Shown here: positions 37,814-49,427 of the stretch, piece by piece
Layout: each line of letters starts with the position of its first letter
How positions within the stretch are numbered: the stretch's first letter is position 1
Assembly (NCBI GenBank): GCA_039810085.1
Contig: JBDHWG010000024.1
Location: forward strand, 5,689-69,688
Direction: 5' to 3'
DNA: 64,000 nt
Origin: Anaerolineae bacterium
GTDB lineage: Bacteria > Chloroflexota > Anaerolineae > Epilineales > JAHCIE01
The notes under the pieces: model-generated
Databases searched by the model: none
Told to the model about the DNA's origin: nothing
What the model saw: the letters and a program-made list of their open reading frames with translations, nothing else
Position numbers and translations under genes: made by a program

Positions 37814-38632
37814 TCATACAAGGAACTCGCGCAAAACAGTAATAAGCGCATCTGGATTATCCAGCGCAATGTTGTGGCCGCTATACGGAATCTCCACCAG
37901 CCGCCCATTCGGCAGCTCACGCGCCATGCGCTCGGCCGTCTCCCGCGCCAGCACGTCGCTCTCCTGGGCGCGGATGACCAGCGTCGGTGCCCCGATGGCG
38001 CGGAGCATCTCCCAGCCCTTGACCGGGTCGGGACGCGGCAGCGGCTGGTCGGGCGAGCGAAACGCCTTATCGTAGCGCCACGTCCACAGACCATCCTCCC
38101 GCTGAACGAGGTTGTGGTAGACGCGGGCGCGTAGCACGTCGTCCGGCGGGCGCGGATTGCCGAGGCGCGTCAGGCGGAAAGCGTGCTCCGGGTCCTCGAA
38201 CACATCCGGCGCTTGCACCGCGCTGCGGACACGATCCGTCCCGACGGGCATCAGCTCCGGGCCGATGTCCATAATGACCAACCGCTCGATTCGCTCCGGA
38301 TGATCCGCCGCATACATGTAGCCGTTGCGACCCCCCATCGAGAAGCCGACCAGGGTGATCCGCTCTAGGCCCAGCGCATCCACGAACGCGGTAACGTCCT
38401 CGACCATCGCCTCGGCGGAGTAGTCGTCGGCCCAGTCGGTCTCGCCGTGGCCGCGTTGGTCGGGCGCCAGGGTGCGGTAGCGGTCGATGAGGGCCTCGGC
38501 CACTGTATCCCACGAACGCCCCTGCGAGGCCAGCCCATGCAGAAACACCAGCGGCGGCGCCGTCGGATTACCCGCCTCGCGGTAGTGGAAGCGCAGCCCT
38601 CGAAGCTCAATGGTGCGGTCGTTCATGCTCAT
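37814..38632 (-). CDS. alpha/beta hydrolase
   Basis: HGLASQG...GFSMGG nucleophile elbow; start MSMNDRT overlapping upstream stop (ATGA). Confidence 0.75.
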   Translation of the reverse strand: MSMNDRTIELRGLRFHYREAGNPTAPPLVFLHGLASQGRSWDTVAEALIDRYRTLAPDQRGHGETDWADDYSAEAMVEDVTAFVDALGLERITLVGFSMGGRNGYMYAADHPERIERLVIMDIGPELMPVGTDRVRSAVQAPDVFEDPEHAFRLTRLGNPRPPDDVLRARVYHNLVQREDGLWTWRYDKAFRSPDQPLPRPDPVKGWEMLRAIGAPTLVIRAQESDVLARETAERMARELPNGRLVEIPYSGHNIALDNPDALITVLREFLV

Positions 38633-39411
38633 GCCTCGCGATTGAAAATCTCGCCGTTGAGCCGCCGCATCCCGCGCAGCCAGCGCTCGTAGTCGTCGCC
38701 CTTGTGCTGGAAGTACGTCGCCACCTCTGGGTGCGGCAGGATGAGGAATCGCTCCTGCGCCAGCCCATCCACAACAGCATCCGCCACCTGCTCCGGCATC
38801 AGCGCGCTCGGCAGCAGGAAGCTGTCTTGCGTGCCGTCCTCGCCCAGCAGCATCCGCGTCCGCACCCCCTGGGGGCAGAGGCACGACACCTTGATGCCCC
38901 GGTCGCCATAGGTGATGGACAACCACTCGGCGAAGCCAACGGCGGCGTGCTTGGTGACGGCATATGGAGCCGCACCCAGCATCGTCAACAGACCTGCCGC
39001 CGACGCCGTGTTGAGCAGGTAGCCGTGGCCGCGTTCGAGCATCTGCGGCAGGACGGCGCGGGCGGCGTAGACGTGGGCCATGACGTTGATGTCCCAGATG
39101 CGCTGCCAGACGTCATTCGCTATCTCCGGGCCGCCCTCTTCGCCGAAGATGCCGGCGTTGGAGCAGAACAGGTCGATGGGGCCATAGGCGTCGGTAGCGC
39201 GCGCTACGAGGCGCACGACCTCAGCCTCAACGCCCACGTCCATTGGGACGGCCAGGCCGCCAACCTCGCTGGCGACACGCTCGGCCGCATCCGCCTCCAC
39301 ATCCGCGACGACGATGCCCCGTGGCGATTCCTGCGCGAACCGCCGGCACAACGCCGCGCCAATGCCATTTCCGCCGCCCGTCACCACAACCACTTTATTG
39401 CGCAGCAGCAT
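38629..39411 (-). CDS. SDR family oxidoreductase
   Basis: [23 protein letters not shown]. Confidence 0.75.
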   Translation of the reverse strand: MLLRNKVVVVTGGGNGIGAALCRRFAQESPRGIVVADVEADAAERVASEVGGLAVPMDVGVEAEVVRLVARATDAYGPIDLFCSNAGIFGEEGGPEIANDVWQRIWDINVMAHVYAARAVLPQMLERGHGYLLNTASAAGLLTMLGAAPYAVTKHAAVGFAEWLSITYGDRGIKVSCLCPQGVRTRMLLGEDGTQDSFLLPSALMPEQVADAVVDGLAQERFLILPHPEVATYFQHKGDDYERWLRGMRRLNGEIFNREA

Positions 39412-39433
39412 GCTTTTTTCCCCTCCCTCTCTC

Positions 39434-39554
39434 GTCATTGCGAGCAAAGCGAAGCAATCTCCCGCCCTTGCATCAGACAGTCTCTTCGAGGAATAGAGCC
39501 GCCTTCACCAACCGAGAGATTGCTTCGTCGTCCTATCGTCCTCCTCGCAATGAC
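39434..39554. repeat. MITE-like element of GTCATTGCGAG family
   Basis: GTCATTGCGAGCAAAGCGAAGCAATCTC...GAGATTGCTTCGTCGTCCTATCGTCCTCCTCGCAATGAC; between ACAD stop and SDR start. Confidence 0.7.
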
Positions 39555-39569
39555 AGCCGGTCGTAGCTC

Positions 39570-40775
39570 TCACGAGAACCGGCGCAGCTCGATGCGGGCG
39601 ACGTCGCGCATGTGGACCTCGTCGGGGCCGTCGGCCAGGCGCAGCGTGCGCACGTTGGCCCAGGCCCACGCCAGGTCGAAGTCCTGGCAGACACCAGCGC
39701 CGCCGTGAATCTGGATCGCGCAGTCGATGACCTGGCAGGCGACATTCGGGGCGACAACCTTGATCATCGCGATTTCCTGGCGCGCGGCCTTGTTGCCGAC
39801 CGTGTCCATCATGAACGCGGCCTTCAACGTTAGCAGCCGCGCCTGCTCGATCTCAATCCGCGAGCGGGCAATATCCTGCTGGATGCTTTCCATCTCCGCG
39901 AGCGTCTTGCCGAAAGCCGTCCGGCTCTTGGCGCGGCGCACCATCGCCTCCAGGGCGCGCTCGGCCGCCCCGATGCAACGCATGCAGTGGTGGATGCGGC
40001 CCGGCCCCAGGCGGCCCTGGGCAATCTCGAAGCCACGCCCCTCGCCGAGGAGGATGTTGGACGCCGGCACGCGCACATTGGTGAACGTCACTTCGCCGTG
40101 GCCGTGGGGCGCGTGGTCGTAGCCGTAGACGGTCAGCATCCGCTCGGTCTTGACACCGGGCGCGTCCATCGGCACGAGAATCATGGACTGCTGGGTGTAG
40201 CGCGGCGCGGTTGGGTCGGTCTTGCCCATGAAGATGGCAATCTTGCAGCGCGGGTCCCCCGCGCCGGATGTCCACCACTTGCGGGCGTTGATGATATACT
40301 CGTCGCCGTCGCGGACGATGCTGCCCTGGATGTTTGTGGCGTCAGAGGAGGCAACCTCCGGCTCAGTCATGGCGTAGCAGGAGCGAATCTCGCCTTCGAG
40401 CAACGGCTTCAGCCAGCGCTCCTTCTGCTCGTCGCTGCCGTAGCGCACCAGGACTTCCATGTTGCCCGTGTCCGGCGCGGAGCAGTTGAACACCTCAGAC
40501 GCGAACGGCGAGCGGCCCATAATCTCGGCCAGCGGCGCGTATTCGAGGTTGGTGAGGCCGGCGCCATACTCGCTCTCTGGCAGGAAGAGGTTCCATAGAC
40601 CGCGCGCTTTGGCGATCCCCTTGAGCAGTTCAATGATGGGGACAGGCTCCCAGCGCTGCGGGCCGTTGACGTGCTCCCAGTAGACCGGCTCGTTGGGGTA
40701 GATGTACTCATCCATGAACGCGAGGATCTGCTCGCGCAGGGCCTGGCTTCGCTCGGAGTATTGAAAATTCATCAC
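39570..40775 (-). CDS. acyl-CoA dehydrogenase (ACAD10/11/FadE2-like)
   Basis: [22 protein letters not shown] blocks. Confidence 0.8.
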   Translation of the reverse strand: MMNFQYSERSQALREQILAFMDEYIYPNEPVYWEHVNGPQRWEPVPIIELLKGIAKARGLWNLFLPESEYGAGLTNLEYAPLAEIMGRSPFASEVFNCSAPDTGNMEVLVRYGSDEQKERWLKPLLEGEIRSCYAMTEPEVASSDATNIQGSIVRDGDEYIINARKWWTSGAGDPRCKIAIFMGKTDPTAPRYTQQSMILVPMDAPGVKTERMLTVYGYDHAPHGHGEVTFTNVRVPASNILLGEGRGFEIAQGRLGPGRIHHCMRCIGAAERALEAMVRRAKSRTAFGKTLAEMESIQQDIARSRIEIEQARLLTLKAAFMMDTVGNKAARQEIAMIKVVAPNVACQVIDCAIQIHGGAGVCQDFDLAWAWANVRTLRLADGPDEVHMRDVARIELRRFS

Positions 40776-40802
40776 CGCGATCCTTTCGACGTTGATTGGG
40801 TT

Positions 40803-41522
40803 TTAGCGGTACGTGACTAATGTCGGATCATCCAGATGGGGGATGGTGTTGAGCGTGTCCAGCGTAACCTTGTCGCGGGTGAACACCATCTCGGTCAGGG
40901 AGCCATTGCGAATGCGCCAGTTCAGCTCGATGGCGAGGGACGGCGGAGCGCGCATCGCAAGTGTGACGGCGATGGAAATGACGCCGCCCGATGTAAACAC
41001 GGCCACGCGCCGCCCGCTGCCCTCGGTCGCCATGATGTGCCGCAGGGCGTGCTTGACGCGGTCGTGGAACGTCTGCCACGCCTCCACCACCGGCGACTCG
41101 ACTTCGCCCGCCACCCAGTAGGCGATCACCGCCTGAAACATGCGCTGGAAGTGGCGATAACGCTCAGGCCCGTCGCGGTGCTGCTCCCACGCCGCCGCCA
41201 GCCGCCGAATCGCCGGGTCGCGCTCCACCAGGACGAGCAGGAACTCGCGCAGAACGCCGTCGCCGTCGTACTCGTCCAGCCCATCCAGCATAACCGCTTC
41301 GGGCCACGGGCAGCCCGCCTCGGCGTAGACCTGGCGCACCAGCGCTTCAGTGCCCTGCTGGCGGCGGCGCGGGCCGACGTAGACGGCGTCGAAGGTTACG
41401 CCGCGCTGCACCCAATACTGGCCGAGGCAGCGCGACTGCGTCTCACCGGCGGGCGAGAGATGGTCGTAGTCGTCCGCGAACATGCTGGCCTGGCCGTGGC
41501 GCACGAGAACCAGGTGACTCAT
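40803..41522 (-). CDS. histidine phosphatase (phosphoglycerate mutase-like) family protein
   Basis: LVRHGQ catalytic RHG motif at N-terminus. Confidence 0.7.
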   Translation of the reverse strand: MSHLVLVRHGQASMFADDYDHLSPAGETQSRCLGQYWVQRGVTFDAVYVGPRRRQQGTEALVRQVYAEAGCPWPEAVMLDGLDEYDGDGVLREFLLVLVERDPAIRRLAAAWEQHRDGPERYRHFQRMFQAVIAYWVAGEVESPVVEAWQTFHDRVKHALRHIMATEGSGRRVAVFTSGGVISIAVTLAMRAPPSLAIELNWRIRNGSLTEMVFTRDKVTLDTLNTIPHLDDPTLVTYR

Positions 41523-41899
41523 GGACGGCTGGTAGCGTCCTCAAGTATCGTCACCTCGACCAGCGGACTCTCCTCCACCCAGCGCTCAATGTCAGCCTGC
41601 CGCCCCAGCCGCGCGAGAATTGGAGCCAGTGTCGCCCGCTTTTCCTCTGGATCGGTAATGGGGCGGGCGCGGGCCGGCAGGTCCGCCTGGACGCCTTCCT
41701 TCAGGTGGAACGTGAAGTCAGGGTGGGCGACCAGGTTGGCGTACCAGTCGCGGTGGCCGGGTGTACCCGTTATGTAGAGCCGCCCGTCGACGTTGTGGAA
41801 CCAGATTTCGATGCGGCGCGGCTGCTCGCTCTTCCGCCCAATGGTCGTAATGTCGATGGTCCGGCCTGTCGCGAGTGCCTGACGTATCTTCTCGTCCAT
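41519..41899 (-). CDS. deazaflavin (F420H2)-dependent nitroreductase family protein (Ddn/DUF385-like)
   Basis: TTIGRKSEQPRRIEIWF resembles DUF385 TTTGRKSGxPR motif; ATGA overlap with downstream gene. Confidence 0.65.
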   Translation of the reverse strand: MDEKIRQALATGRTIDITTIGRKSEQPRRIEIWFHNVDGRLYITGTPGHRDWYANLVAHPDFTFHLKEGVQADLPARARPITDPEEKRATLAPILARLGRQADIERWVEESPLVEVTILEDATSRP

Positions 41900-41955
41900 G
41901 CGTTGCTCTTATTCCTTAGCTGTCAATCCATAGAACTTGCCGGTCGATGGATCTC

Positions 41956-42057
41956 TGGACCACGAAGGTCACGAAAGGCCGTGAAAAACGCGAAAGACAC
42001 ACGCTACGCGACTCTTTTTCGTGCCTTTCGCGTCCTTTCCGAGCCTTTCGTGGTCCA
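41956..42057. repeat. ~100-bp imperfect palindrome built from CGAAAGG/CCTTTCG units with TGGACCACGAAGG ends
   Basis: arm 41956-42000 approximately reverse complement of 42013-42057; related motifs at 54375-54425 and 56716-56745. Confidence 0.5.
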
Positions 42058-42085
42058 ACGACTTGCCCCACCGCCGTCAGCCCTT

Positions 42086-42691
42086 TCACTCCAGCGACCG
42101 CCACAGTCGAGCCGGGTCTAGAACAAACCCCGACAGGACGGGGCTTCCGGAGACGGCGCGGGGCTCGGCGAGGACCTCCACCGCCGCGTCGGGCCGATAG
42201 ACATACACGCGCTTGTATGACGGGTCTATCAGCCAGGCTAACTGCGCGCCGTTCTCTATATACTCCTGCATCTTGTCTTGAAGCTCGCCCAGGTCGTCAG
42301 ACGGGGAGCGAAGCTCAGCCACGAAGTCCGGACAGAGCGGCAAGAAGCGTCCGCGATCCAGCGGCGAGAGGTCCGCTAACCGCTGTTTGCTCACCCACGC
42401 CGCATCTGGTGAGCGAGTCGCGCCGTTGGGCAAGTTGAAGCCCGTGGACGAGTCGAAGGTCTCGCCGCTGCCGTCTTGCCAGGCCCATAAGGTGAGCATG
42501 GTAATGAGCGCCGCACTGCGGTTACCTGTCGTTCCGCCGGTGAGTGGCAGGATGATGAGATCCCCATAGGATGTGCGCTCGACGCGCACATCTTGGTTGC
42601 GTTGGCAGAACAACTCAAACTGTTCGTCCGTCAGCTGCGGCACGACAATCGTCACGCACGTTCCTCCTAATTCCTTGAAAACACGCCCCAT
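42086..42691 (-). CDS. Uma2-family (DUF820) putative endonuclease
   Basis: LTDEQFELFCQRN...ERTSYGDLIILP...GGTTGNRSAALITML...PDFVAEL pattern of Uma2; start uncertain (42691 or 42757). Confidence 0.65.
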   Translation of the reverse strand: MGRVFKELGGTCVTIVVPQLTDEQFELFCQRNQDVRVERTSYGDLIILPLTGGTTGNRSAALITMLTLWAWQDGSGETFDSSTGFNLPNGATRSPDAAWVSKQRLADLSPLDRGRFLPLCPDFVAELRSPSDDLGELQDKMQEYIENGAQLAWLIDPSYKRVYVYRPDAAVEVLAEPRAVSGSPVLSGFVLDPARLWRSLE

Positions 42692-42752
42692 TATTATGGC
42701 GAAGCACCAAGCCGTATGACAGCATGCACCAGCACGAGAACACGGCCACGCC

Positions 42753-42871
42753 GTCATTGCGAGCGTGAGCGAAGCAATCCCACGCCCTTACGAGAGGCGC
42801 CTTCGCCGCGTAACCCAGCTCTTGTCCACCGCGAGGTTGCTTCGTCGTCCTATCGTCCTCCTCGCAACGAC
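42753..42871. repeat. MITE-like element of GTCATTGCGAG family
   Basis: right end CTTCGTCGTCCTATCGTCCTCCTCGCAACGAC matches the right end of the 39434-39554 copy, differing at one position (CAATGAC vs CAACGAC). Confidence 0.7.
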
Positions 42872-42957
42872 GGTCCATCCTGTATTCTTAGCAGCGCAGC
42901 AAAACCTCGCCGCCGTGGAGACCCTTGGCGCTTCTTCGCTTCGCTCAAGGACATGGC

Positions 42958-43935
42958 TCAGAGCAACACCTCGACAATCACTTTCCCCATCGTCTGCCGA
43001 CTTGCAAGGTCGCGCATCGCCTGCGGGACCTCGTGCAGGCCGTAGACCTTAGAGACGGCGGGCTTGATAAGTCCCTGGCGGTACATGTCGAACAGGGCCG
43101 CCTGCGCCTGAGCGACGAACTCCGGGTGGCGCTCGATGTAGCCACCCCAGTAGACGCCGACGGCGGACATGCTCTTGAGCAGCAAGCGGTTCGCCGCGAT
43201 GGACGGGATGCGCCCGCCGGCGAAGCCGATGACAAGCAGCCGCCCTTCGGGCGCGATACACTTGGTGGACAGGTCGAAGATGTCGCCGCCGACCGGGTCA
43301 TAAATGACGTCGGCGCCGCGGCCGGTCATCTCCATCACCTGCTTGACCCACGACTCGTCACGATAGCTCAGGGCGTGGTGGGCGCCCTGGGCGCGCACGA
43401 AGTCGAGCTTCTCGTCGCTACCCGCCGTCCCGATGACCCGCGCTCCCATCGCCTTACCGATCTGGACCGCCGAGCTACCCACGCCACCCGCCGCCGCATG
43501 CACCAACAGCCACTCGCCCGGCTGGAGCGCGCCGCGCACCATGAGGGCCAGGTAGGAGGTCTGGTAGACGATGGGCATTGCCGCAGCCTCGGCGAAGGTC
43601 ATGCTGTCGGGGATGGGGAACGTCATGCGGGCCGGGGCGAGGCAGTACTCGCCGAAGCCGCCAAGGGAGGATATCGCCAGGACGCGGTTACCGACGGCAA
43701 GCCCATCGACACCGGGGCCGACGGCGTCGATGACACCGCCGACCTCGGCGCCCGGTATGAAGGGGAAGGGCGGCCGCACCTGGTACTTGCCCCCGATCTC
43801 AAGGATGTCGAAGAAGTTGAGGGCCGCCGCCCTGTTGTGAATGCGCACCTGGCCGGCGCCGGGGTCGGGCACGGCCACGTCGGCCAGGGTCATCCCTTCA
43901 GGCTCGCACCACTCGGTTACCTGCCAGGCGCGCAT
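42958..43935 (-). CDS. NADPH:quinone oxidoreductase / zinc-type MDR family
   Basis: AAAGGVGSSAVQIGK Rossmann of MDR; GroES-like N-terminus. Confidence 0.8.
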   Translation of the reverse strand: MRAWQVTEWCEPEGMTLADVAVPDPGAGQVRIHNRAAALNFFDILEIGGKYQVRPPFPFIPGAEVGGVIDAVGPGVDGLAVGNRVLAISSLGGFGEYCLAPARMTFPIPDSMTFAEAAAMPIVYQTSYLALMVRGALQPGEWLLVHAAAGGVGSSAVQIGKAMGARVIGTAGSDEKLDFVRAQGAHHALSYRDESWVKQVMEMTGRGADVIYDPVGGDIFDLSTKCIAPEGRLLVIGFAGGRIPSIAANRLLLKSMSAVGVYWGGYIERHPEFVAQAQAALFDMYRQGLIKPAVSKVYGLHEVPQAMRDLASRQTMGKVIVEVLL

Positions 43936-43956
43936 AGAAGTCTCTCCGCAGGCGAC

Positions 43957-45285
<1,329 letters not shown>

Positions 45286-45328
45286 CGTTCGTCACCTCCA
45301 GAGATTGATTATGTTGGACAGCTCTGAT

Positions 45329-46354
45329 TTACGAAACTAGCTCTGCCATCGCGCGCAGAGTGTTGATATCGAACGTCCCGCAGATGAGCGTCTGCACGCC
45401 TGAGTCGCGCCACGCAGTCAATCGTTCGGCGATGCGCTCCTTGGGGCCAACGAGCGCCACCTCGTCCACCAGGTCATCGGGGACGGCGGCGATTGCCTCG
45501 TTCTTGCGGCCACCCAGGTAGAGGTCCTGGACACGCTCGGCGGCCTCTTCATAGCCGTAGCGTCGCGCCAGGTCGTTATAGAAGTTCTTGCCCTTAGCCC
45601 CCATTCCGCCGACATAGAGGGCGATGAACGGCTTGACCATGGCGCGGCAGGCGTCCAGGTCCGGCCCCATCGCCACCTGTACGGTCGGCGCGATGTCCAG
45701 GTCCGCCAGCGTCTTGCCACCACCGGCTTTCGCCAATCCTTCGTTGAGGGAGTCCTGGAAGACGGACATGCGGAAAGGCGAGAAGAAGACGGGCAGCCAG
45801 CCGTCGGCGATCTCCGCCGCCAGCGCAATGTTCTTTGGCCCGATGGCCGCCAGGTAAATGGGGATGTTGGCGCGTAGTGGGTGGAGGATGAGCTTAAGCG
45901 GCTTGCCCAGGCCGGTGCCATCGTGAACGGGGATATCGTAGTACTCGCCGTGGAACTCCAGGGCTTCCTCGCGCTTGAGGATGGTGCGCACGATCTTGAC
46001 GTACTCCCGCGTGCGCTTGAGGGCATTGCCGTAGACCACACCGTGCCAGCCCTCGACCACCTGCGGCCCGGACGCGCCCAGGCCGAGCAAGACACGACCC
46101 TTGGTGAGCATGTCGAGCGTTGCCGCCGTCATGGCCGTCATCGCGGGCGTGCGGGCCGGCATCTGCATGATGGCCGTGCCCACGTTGATGCGCTCGGTCT
46201 TGGCGGCCAGCCAGGTGAGCGGCGTGACCGCATCCGAACCGTACGCCTCGGCGGTCCACAACGAGTGGTAGCCGAGACGGTCCGCTTCCAGCGCGAGGGC
46301 CAGCTGATCGACCGGGGCCGCGCCCCAGTAACCAAGATTCAAACCCAGCCGCAT
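45329..46354 (-). CDS. LLM-class F420-dependent oxidoreductase
   Basis: [10 protein letters not shown]...[11 protein letters not shown]...LGLGASG luciferase-like TIM barrel motifs. Confidence 0.75.
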   Translation of the reverse strand: MRLGLNLGYWGAAPVDQLALALEADRLGYHSLWTAEAYGSDAVTPLTWLAAKTERINVGTAIMQMPARTPAMTAMTAATLDMLTKGRVLLGLGASGPQVVEGWHGVVYGNALKRTREYVKIVRTILKREEALEFHGEYYDIPVHDGTGLGKPLKLILHPLRANIPIYLAAIGPKNIALAAEIADGWLPVFFSPFRMSVFQDSLNEGLAKAGGGKTLADLDIAPTVQVAMGPDLDACRAMVKPFIALYVGGMGAKGKNFYNDLARRYGYEEAAERVQDLYLGGRKNEAIAAVPDDLVDEVALVGPKERIAERLTAWRDSGVQTLICGTFDINTLRAMAELVS

Positions 46355-46485
46355 AGTGTCTCCATGACTATATTATAGGCGACGGTCCGCAGAATGGTGA
46401 CCGGCGCGGGCGAGCGTGCAGGAGACTCGGAGCTTCGACATTGAAAGGCGCCTCATTCGTCGAGACATGGTTGCAGCAATTGCGT

Positions 46486-48093
46486 CTACGAGTCGAAGGG
46501 AATCTGCAAATCGAGCAACACGGGACGGCCTACGGCGAAGGCGCGCTCCAGCGCCCCGGCAAAGTCCGCCGTTGCGGTGATGCGCTCGGCGGCCACGCCA
46601 AAAGCGTCGGCGAGCTTGACGAAGTCCGGCGTGTGGAGATCGACGCCGATCTGACGCCCCGCCATCTGTGCGTTCTGGAGGTGGCGGATCATGCCATAGC
46701 CGCCGTTGTTGAACAGGCACAGCACAACCGGCAGGTTGTTCTCCACCGCCGTCGCCAACTCCGCCGCGTGCATCATGAAACCGCCGTCGCCGGCAATACA
46801 CACGACCGGCTGCCTCGGTGCAGCAAGCTGCGCGCCAAGCGCCATCGGGTAGCCGGGGCCAATCGCCACGCTGCGCGGGTACACGTAGCCGCGCCGGGCG
46901 TAGACCGGCAGGTATTGATGCGCGCCCCAGTAGGCGGGTAGCGTCGAGTCGGCGACGAAGATAGTCTCGCGCGGCGCAACGGCGCGCAGGGTGTCCATGA
47001 GCGCCGTGTTCAGCGGCCAACGCTTCCGCGCCCCGGCCCGCAGTGTCTCCCGCAACGCCGCGAACTCCGTCGCGTATGCCCCATTGGCCGGCGCGCTCGC
47101 GCCCAGCCGCTTGGCCAGCCCGGCCATGGCCGACCCTGCGTCGGCGGTCATTGTCACCGCTGCTGGCTCGCGGTGCGCCTGCGCCGCATCCAGGTCGATG
47201 CGGATGGTATTGGCGGGCAGACGGAGCTGCCAACGGGCGGTGGAGCTTTGGCCGAAGCGTGTCCCGACGGCAACCAGGCCATCCGACGCCTCGATGAACG
47301 CCCGCGCCGGCGCATCCGCCGTGTAGTTGCCGATGACCAGGGGATGGTCGTCGGGAATCGCGCCCCGCCCGCCGCGCGTGTAGAAGATGGGTGCGCCCAG
47401 CCGCTCCGCCAGCCGTCGCAGCTCGTCATGCGCGCCTGCCGCGTTGACGCCGCCACCGACCCATACGACGGGCCGCCGCGCCCTATGAAGGATATCGGCT
47501 GCGCGGTCCAGCTCCGCATCCGTCGGCGTCGGACGATTGACAGCATACAGCTCGCCCAGGTCGATGTCGGCCTGGACGTACTGCTGGTCGATAGGCATCT
47601 CGAGGACATGGGGGCGGGGCCGCTCGGCGCGCAGCGTATAGAACGCTTCATGGAGAACGCGCGGCGCGTCCTCTGGCCGAACGATGCGCTGGGTGCAGGC
47701 GCCCATCGCGTCGAACATGCCAAGCTGGTTCGGCACTTCGTGCAGCACACCTAGCCCCCGGTCGAGATACTCGCTCTCAACCTGCCCGGTAATTTGGAGC
47801 GTTCGCGTGCTGCTGATCCACGACTCGACGATAGCCCCTGCGCTGTTGGCTGCCCCCGGCCCGGTACTCGTCAGGTAGACGCCGGGCCGCCCGCCGACGC
47901 GGCTGTAGGCGTCGGCCATGAAACCGCCCGCCATCTCGTGACGGGGAACGACGAGGCGAATCGACGGCTCATCACGCAGGGCATCGTAGACGGGCAGCAT
48001 ATGGACAGAGGCAATGCCGAAGACAACGTCAACACCCTCTTGCTTGAGCGTCTGGACGATGGCCTGGCCGCCGGTCATTCGAGAGCTTGGCAT
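46486..48093 (-). CDS. thiamine pyrophosphate-dependent enzyme (acetolactate synthase large subunit-like)
   Basis: TPP-binding GDGGF motif and N-terminal pyrimidine-binding domain; start ATG 48093 (TTG at 48102 possible). Confidence 0.75.
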   Translation of the reverse strand: MPSSRMTGGQAIVQTLKQEGVDVVFGIASVHMLPVYDALRDEPSIRLVVPRHEMAGGFMADAYSRVGGRPGVYLTSTGPGAANSAGAIVESWISSTRTLQITGQVESEYLDRGLGVLHEVPNQLGMFDAMGACTQRIVRPEDAPRVLHEAFYTLRAERPRPHVLEMPIDQQYVQADIDLGELYAVNRPTPTDAELDRAADILHRARRPVVWVGGGVNAAGAHDELRRLAERLGAPIFYTRGGRGAIPDDHPLVIGNYTADAPARAFIEASDGLVAVGTRFGQSSTARWQLRLPANTIRIDLDAAQAHREPAAVTMTADAGSAMAGLAKRLGASAPANGAYATEFAALRETLRAGARKRWPLNTALMDTLRAVAPRETIFVADSTLPAYWGAHQYLPVYARRGYVYPRSVAIGPGYPMALGAQLAAPRQPVVCIAGDGGFMMHAAELATAVENNLPVVLCLFNNGGYGMIRHLQNAQMAGRQIGVDLHTPDFVKLADAFGVAAERITATADFAGALERAFAVGRPVLLDLQIPFDS

Positions 48094-48122
48094 GGGACTC
48101 AACTTTCGCTAGCGATACACGG

Positions 48123-48151
48123 ATTATAGCATCATTTCGCACTGCGTCAAT
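48123..48151 (-). promoter_or_regulatory. sigma-70-like promoter TTGACG-N17-TATAAT for TPP enzyme gene
   Basis: minus-strand -35 TTGACG (48151-48146) and -10 TATAAT (48128-48123), 17-nt spacer, ~25 nt upstream of start codon. Confidence 0.4.
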
Positions 48152-48237
48152 GTATTCAATTCCGTGTGTTCAGTGTATTCCGTGGTAGCCCTCTTAGCGC
48201 CCCACGCGTGTGATGCTATAATCAGCGTGAAGCTCTG

Positions 48238-49365
48238 CTACGAGAAGCGGGACACCGAGAACGGGGCGATGTCGGCGGACGGCGTCTGGCCCAGGATAAG
48301 CTCGGCGACGAGCTTGCCGCTGAAGGGGCCGAGTGTCAACCCCGTCGGGCCGTGGCCCGTTGCGAGGTACACGCCACCCACGCCCGGCACAGACCCAAGC
48401 ACTGGCAGGCCGTCGGCGGACAGAGGCCGCAAGCCGACGCGGGTCTCCAGCACCGTGGCCTCGGCCAGCCCTGGCGCGACACGCATGGCCTCGCGCAGCA
48501 CCTCCGCCACGCCGCCCGCCGTGACGTAAGGCGCAAAGCCTGAGCCGGTCTCGCGGGTTGCGCCGACGACCATGCGGTTCGGCCACGGAACCATGTAGTG
48601 GCCGCGAAAGCTGTTGACGACCGGCCAGCCCTCCGTGTCGGCGCCCGGCAGGCCCAGGTGCATGATCTGGCCGCGCTGGGGCGCGACGGGGATGGTGACG
48701 CCCAGCGCCTCGCCAAACGCCGCCGACCACGCGCCGCCCGCGATGACGACGTTGCGCGCGGCGATGGGCTGGCCGTCCACGATGACGCCCGTCACATCCT
48801 TGCCGCCCAACGCCAGTCCCTCAACGGTGGCCTCCTGGATCGTAAGGCCGCTGTGTTGAGCAGCCTGGTGCAACGCCTGGGTCAACAGCCGGCCGTCGAG
48901 GCGGGCCGCCTGGCGGTGATACAGGCCGCGGGTCACGGGAGCAAGCAGCGGGAACAATTGCTGCGCCTCGTCCGCCGTCACCTCGCGCAGATCGTCGCTC
49001 GACGGCTGGCCGCGCTCGCGCTGCCGAGCGAAAATGCGTGCTGTGGCCTCGTCGTAGGCTGCTGCGTCCTGGGCGTCCATTGCCACCAGCAGCAGGCCGA
49101 CGCGGGCAAAGCCTGTGTCGCCCGCGCCCTGGTCGGCGAGGTCCTGGATAAGCGTGGGGTAGTCGGCGGCGGCGGCGGCAGCAAGATCAAACCACGTCCC
49201 AGGGTCGCGGGAGTTCGTCTCCGGCGAGATGATGCCTGCGCCAGCGTCCGTGGCACGGCCCGCCGTCGGCCGGTCGATGAGCAGGGTGTCGGCGCCGCCC
49301 CGCGCCAGGTGGTAAGCCGTCGCGACGCCGACGATGCCACCACCAATCACAATCGCGTCATGCAT
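48238..49365 (-). CDS. FAD-dependent oxidoreductase (DadA/glycine oxidase-like)
   Basis: N-terminal IVIGGGIVGVATAYHLARGG dinucleotide-binding motif. Confidence 0.75.
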   Translation of the reverse strand: MHDAIVIGGGIVGVATAYHLARGGADTLLIDRPTAGRATDAGAGIISPETNSRDPGTWFDLAAAAAADYPTLIQDLADQGAGDTGFARVGLLLVAMDAQDAAAYDEATARIFARQRERGQPSSDDLREVTADEAQQLFPLLAPVTRGLYHRQAARLDGRLLTQALHQAAQHSGLTIQEATVEGLALGGKDVTGVIVDGQPIAARNVVIAGGAWSAAFGEALGVTIPVAPQRGQIMHLGLPGADTEGWPVVNSFRGHYMVPWPNRMVVGATRETGSGFAPYVTAGGVAEVLREAMRVAPGLAEATVLETRVGLRPLSADGLPVLGSVPGVGGVYLATGHGPTGLTLGPFSGKLVAELILGQTPSADIAPFSVSRFS

Positions 49366-49427
49366 TGAGACTGTTTCCTTTCAAGCCCGGCAGCACATTA
49401 CTTCTCGCGTGTTTTCAAGAGGAAGGG

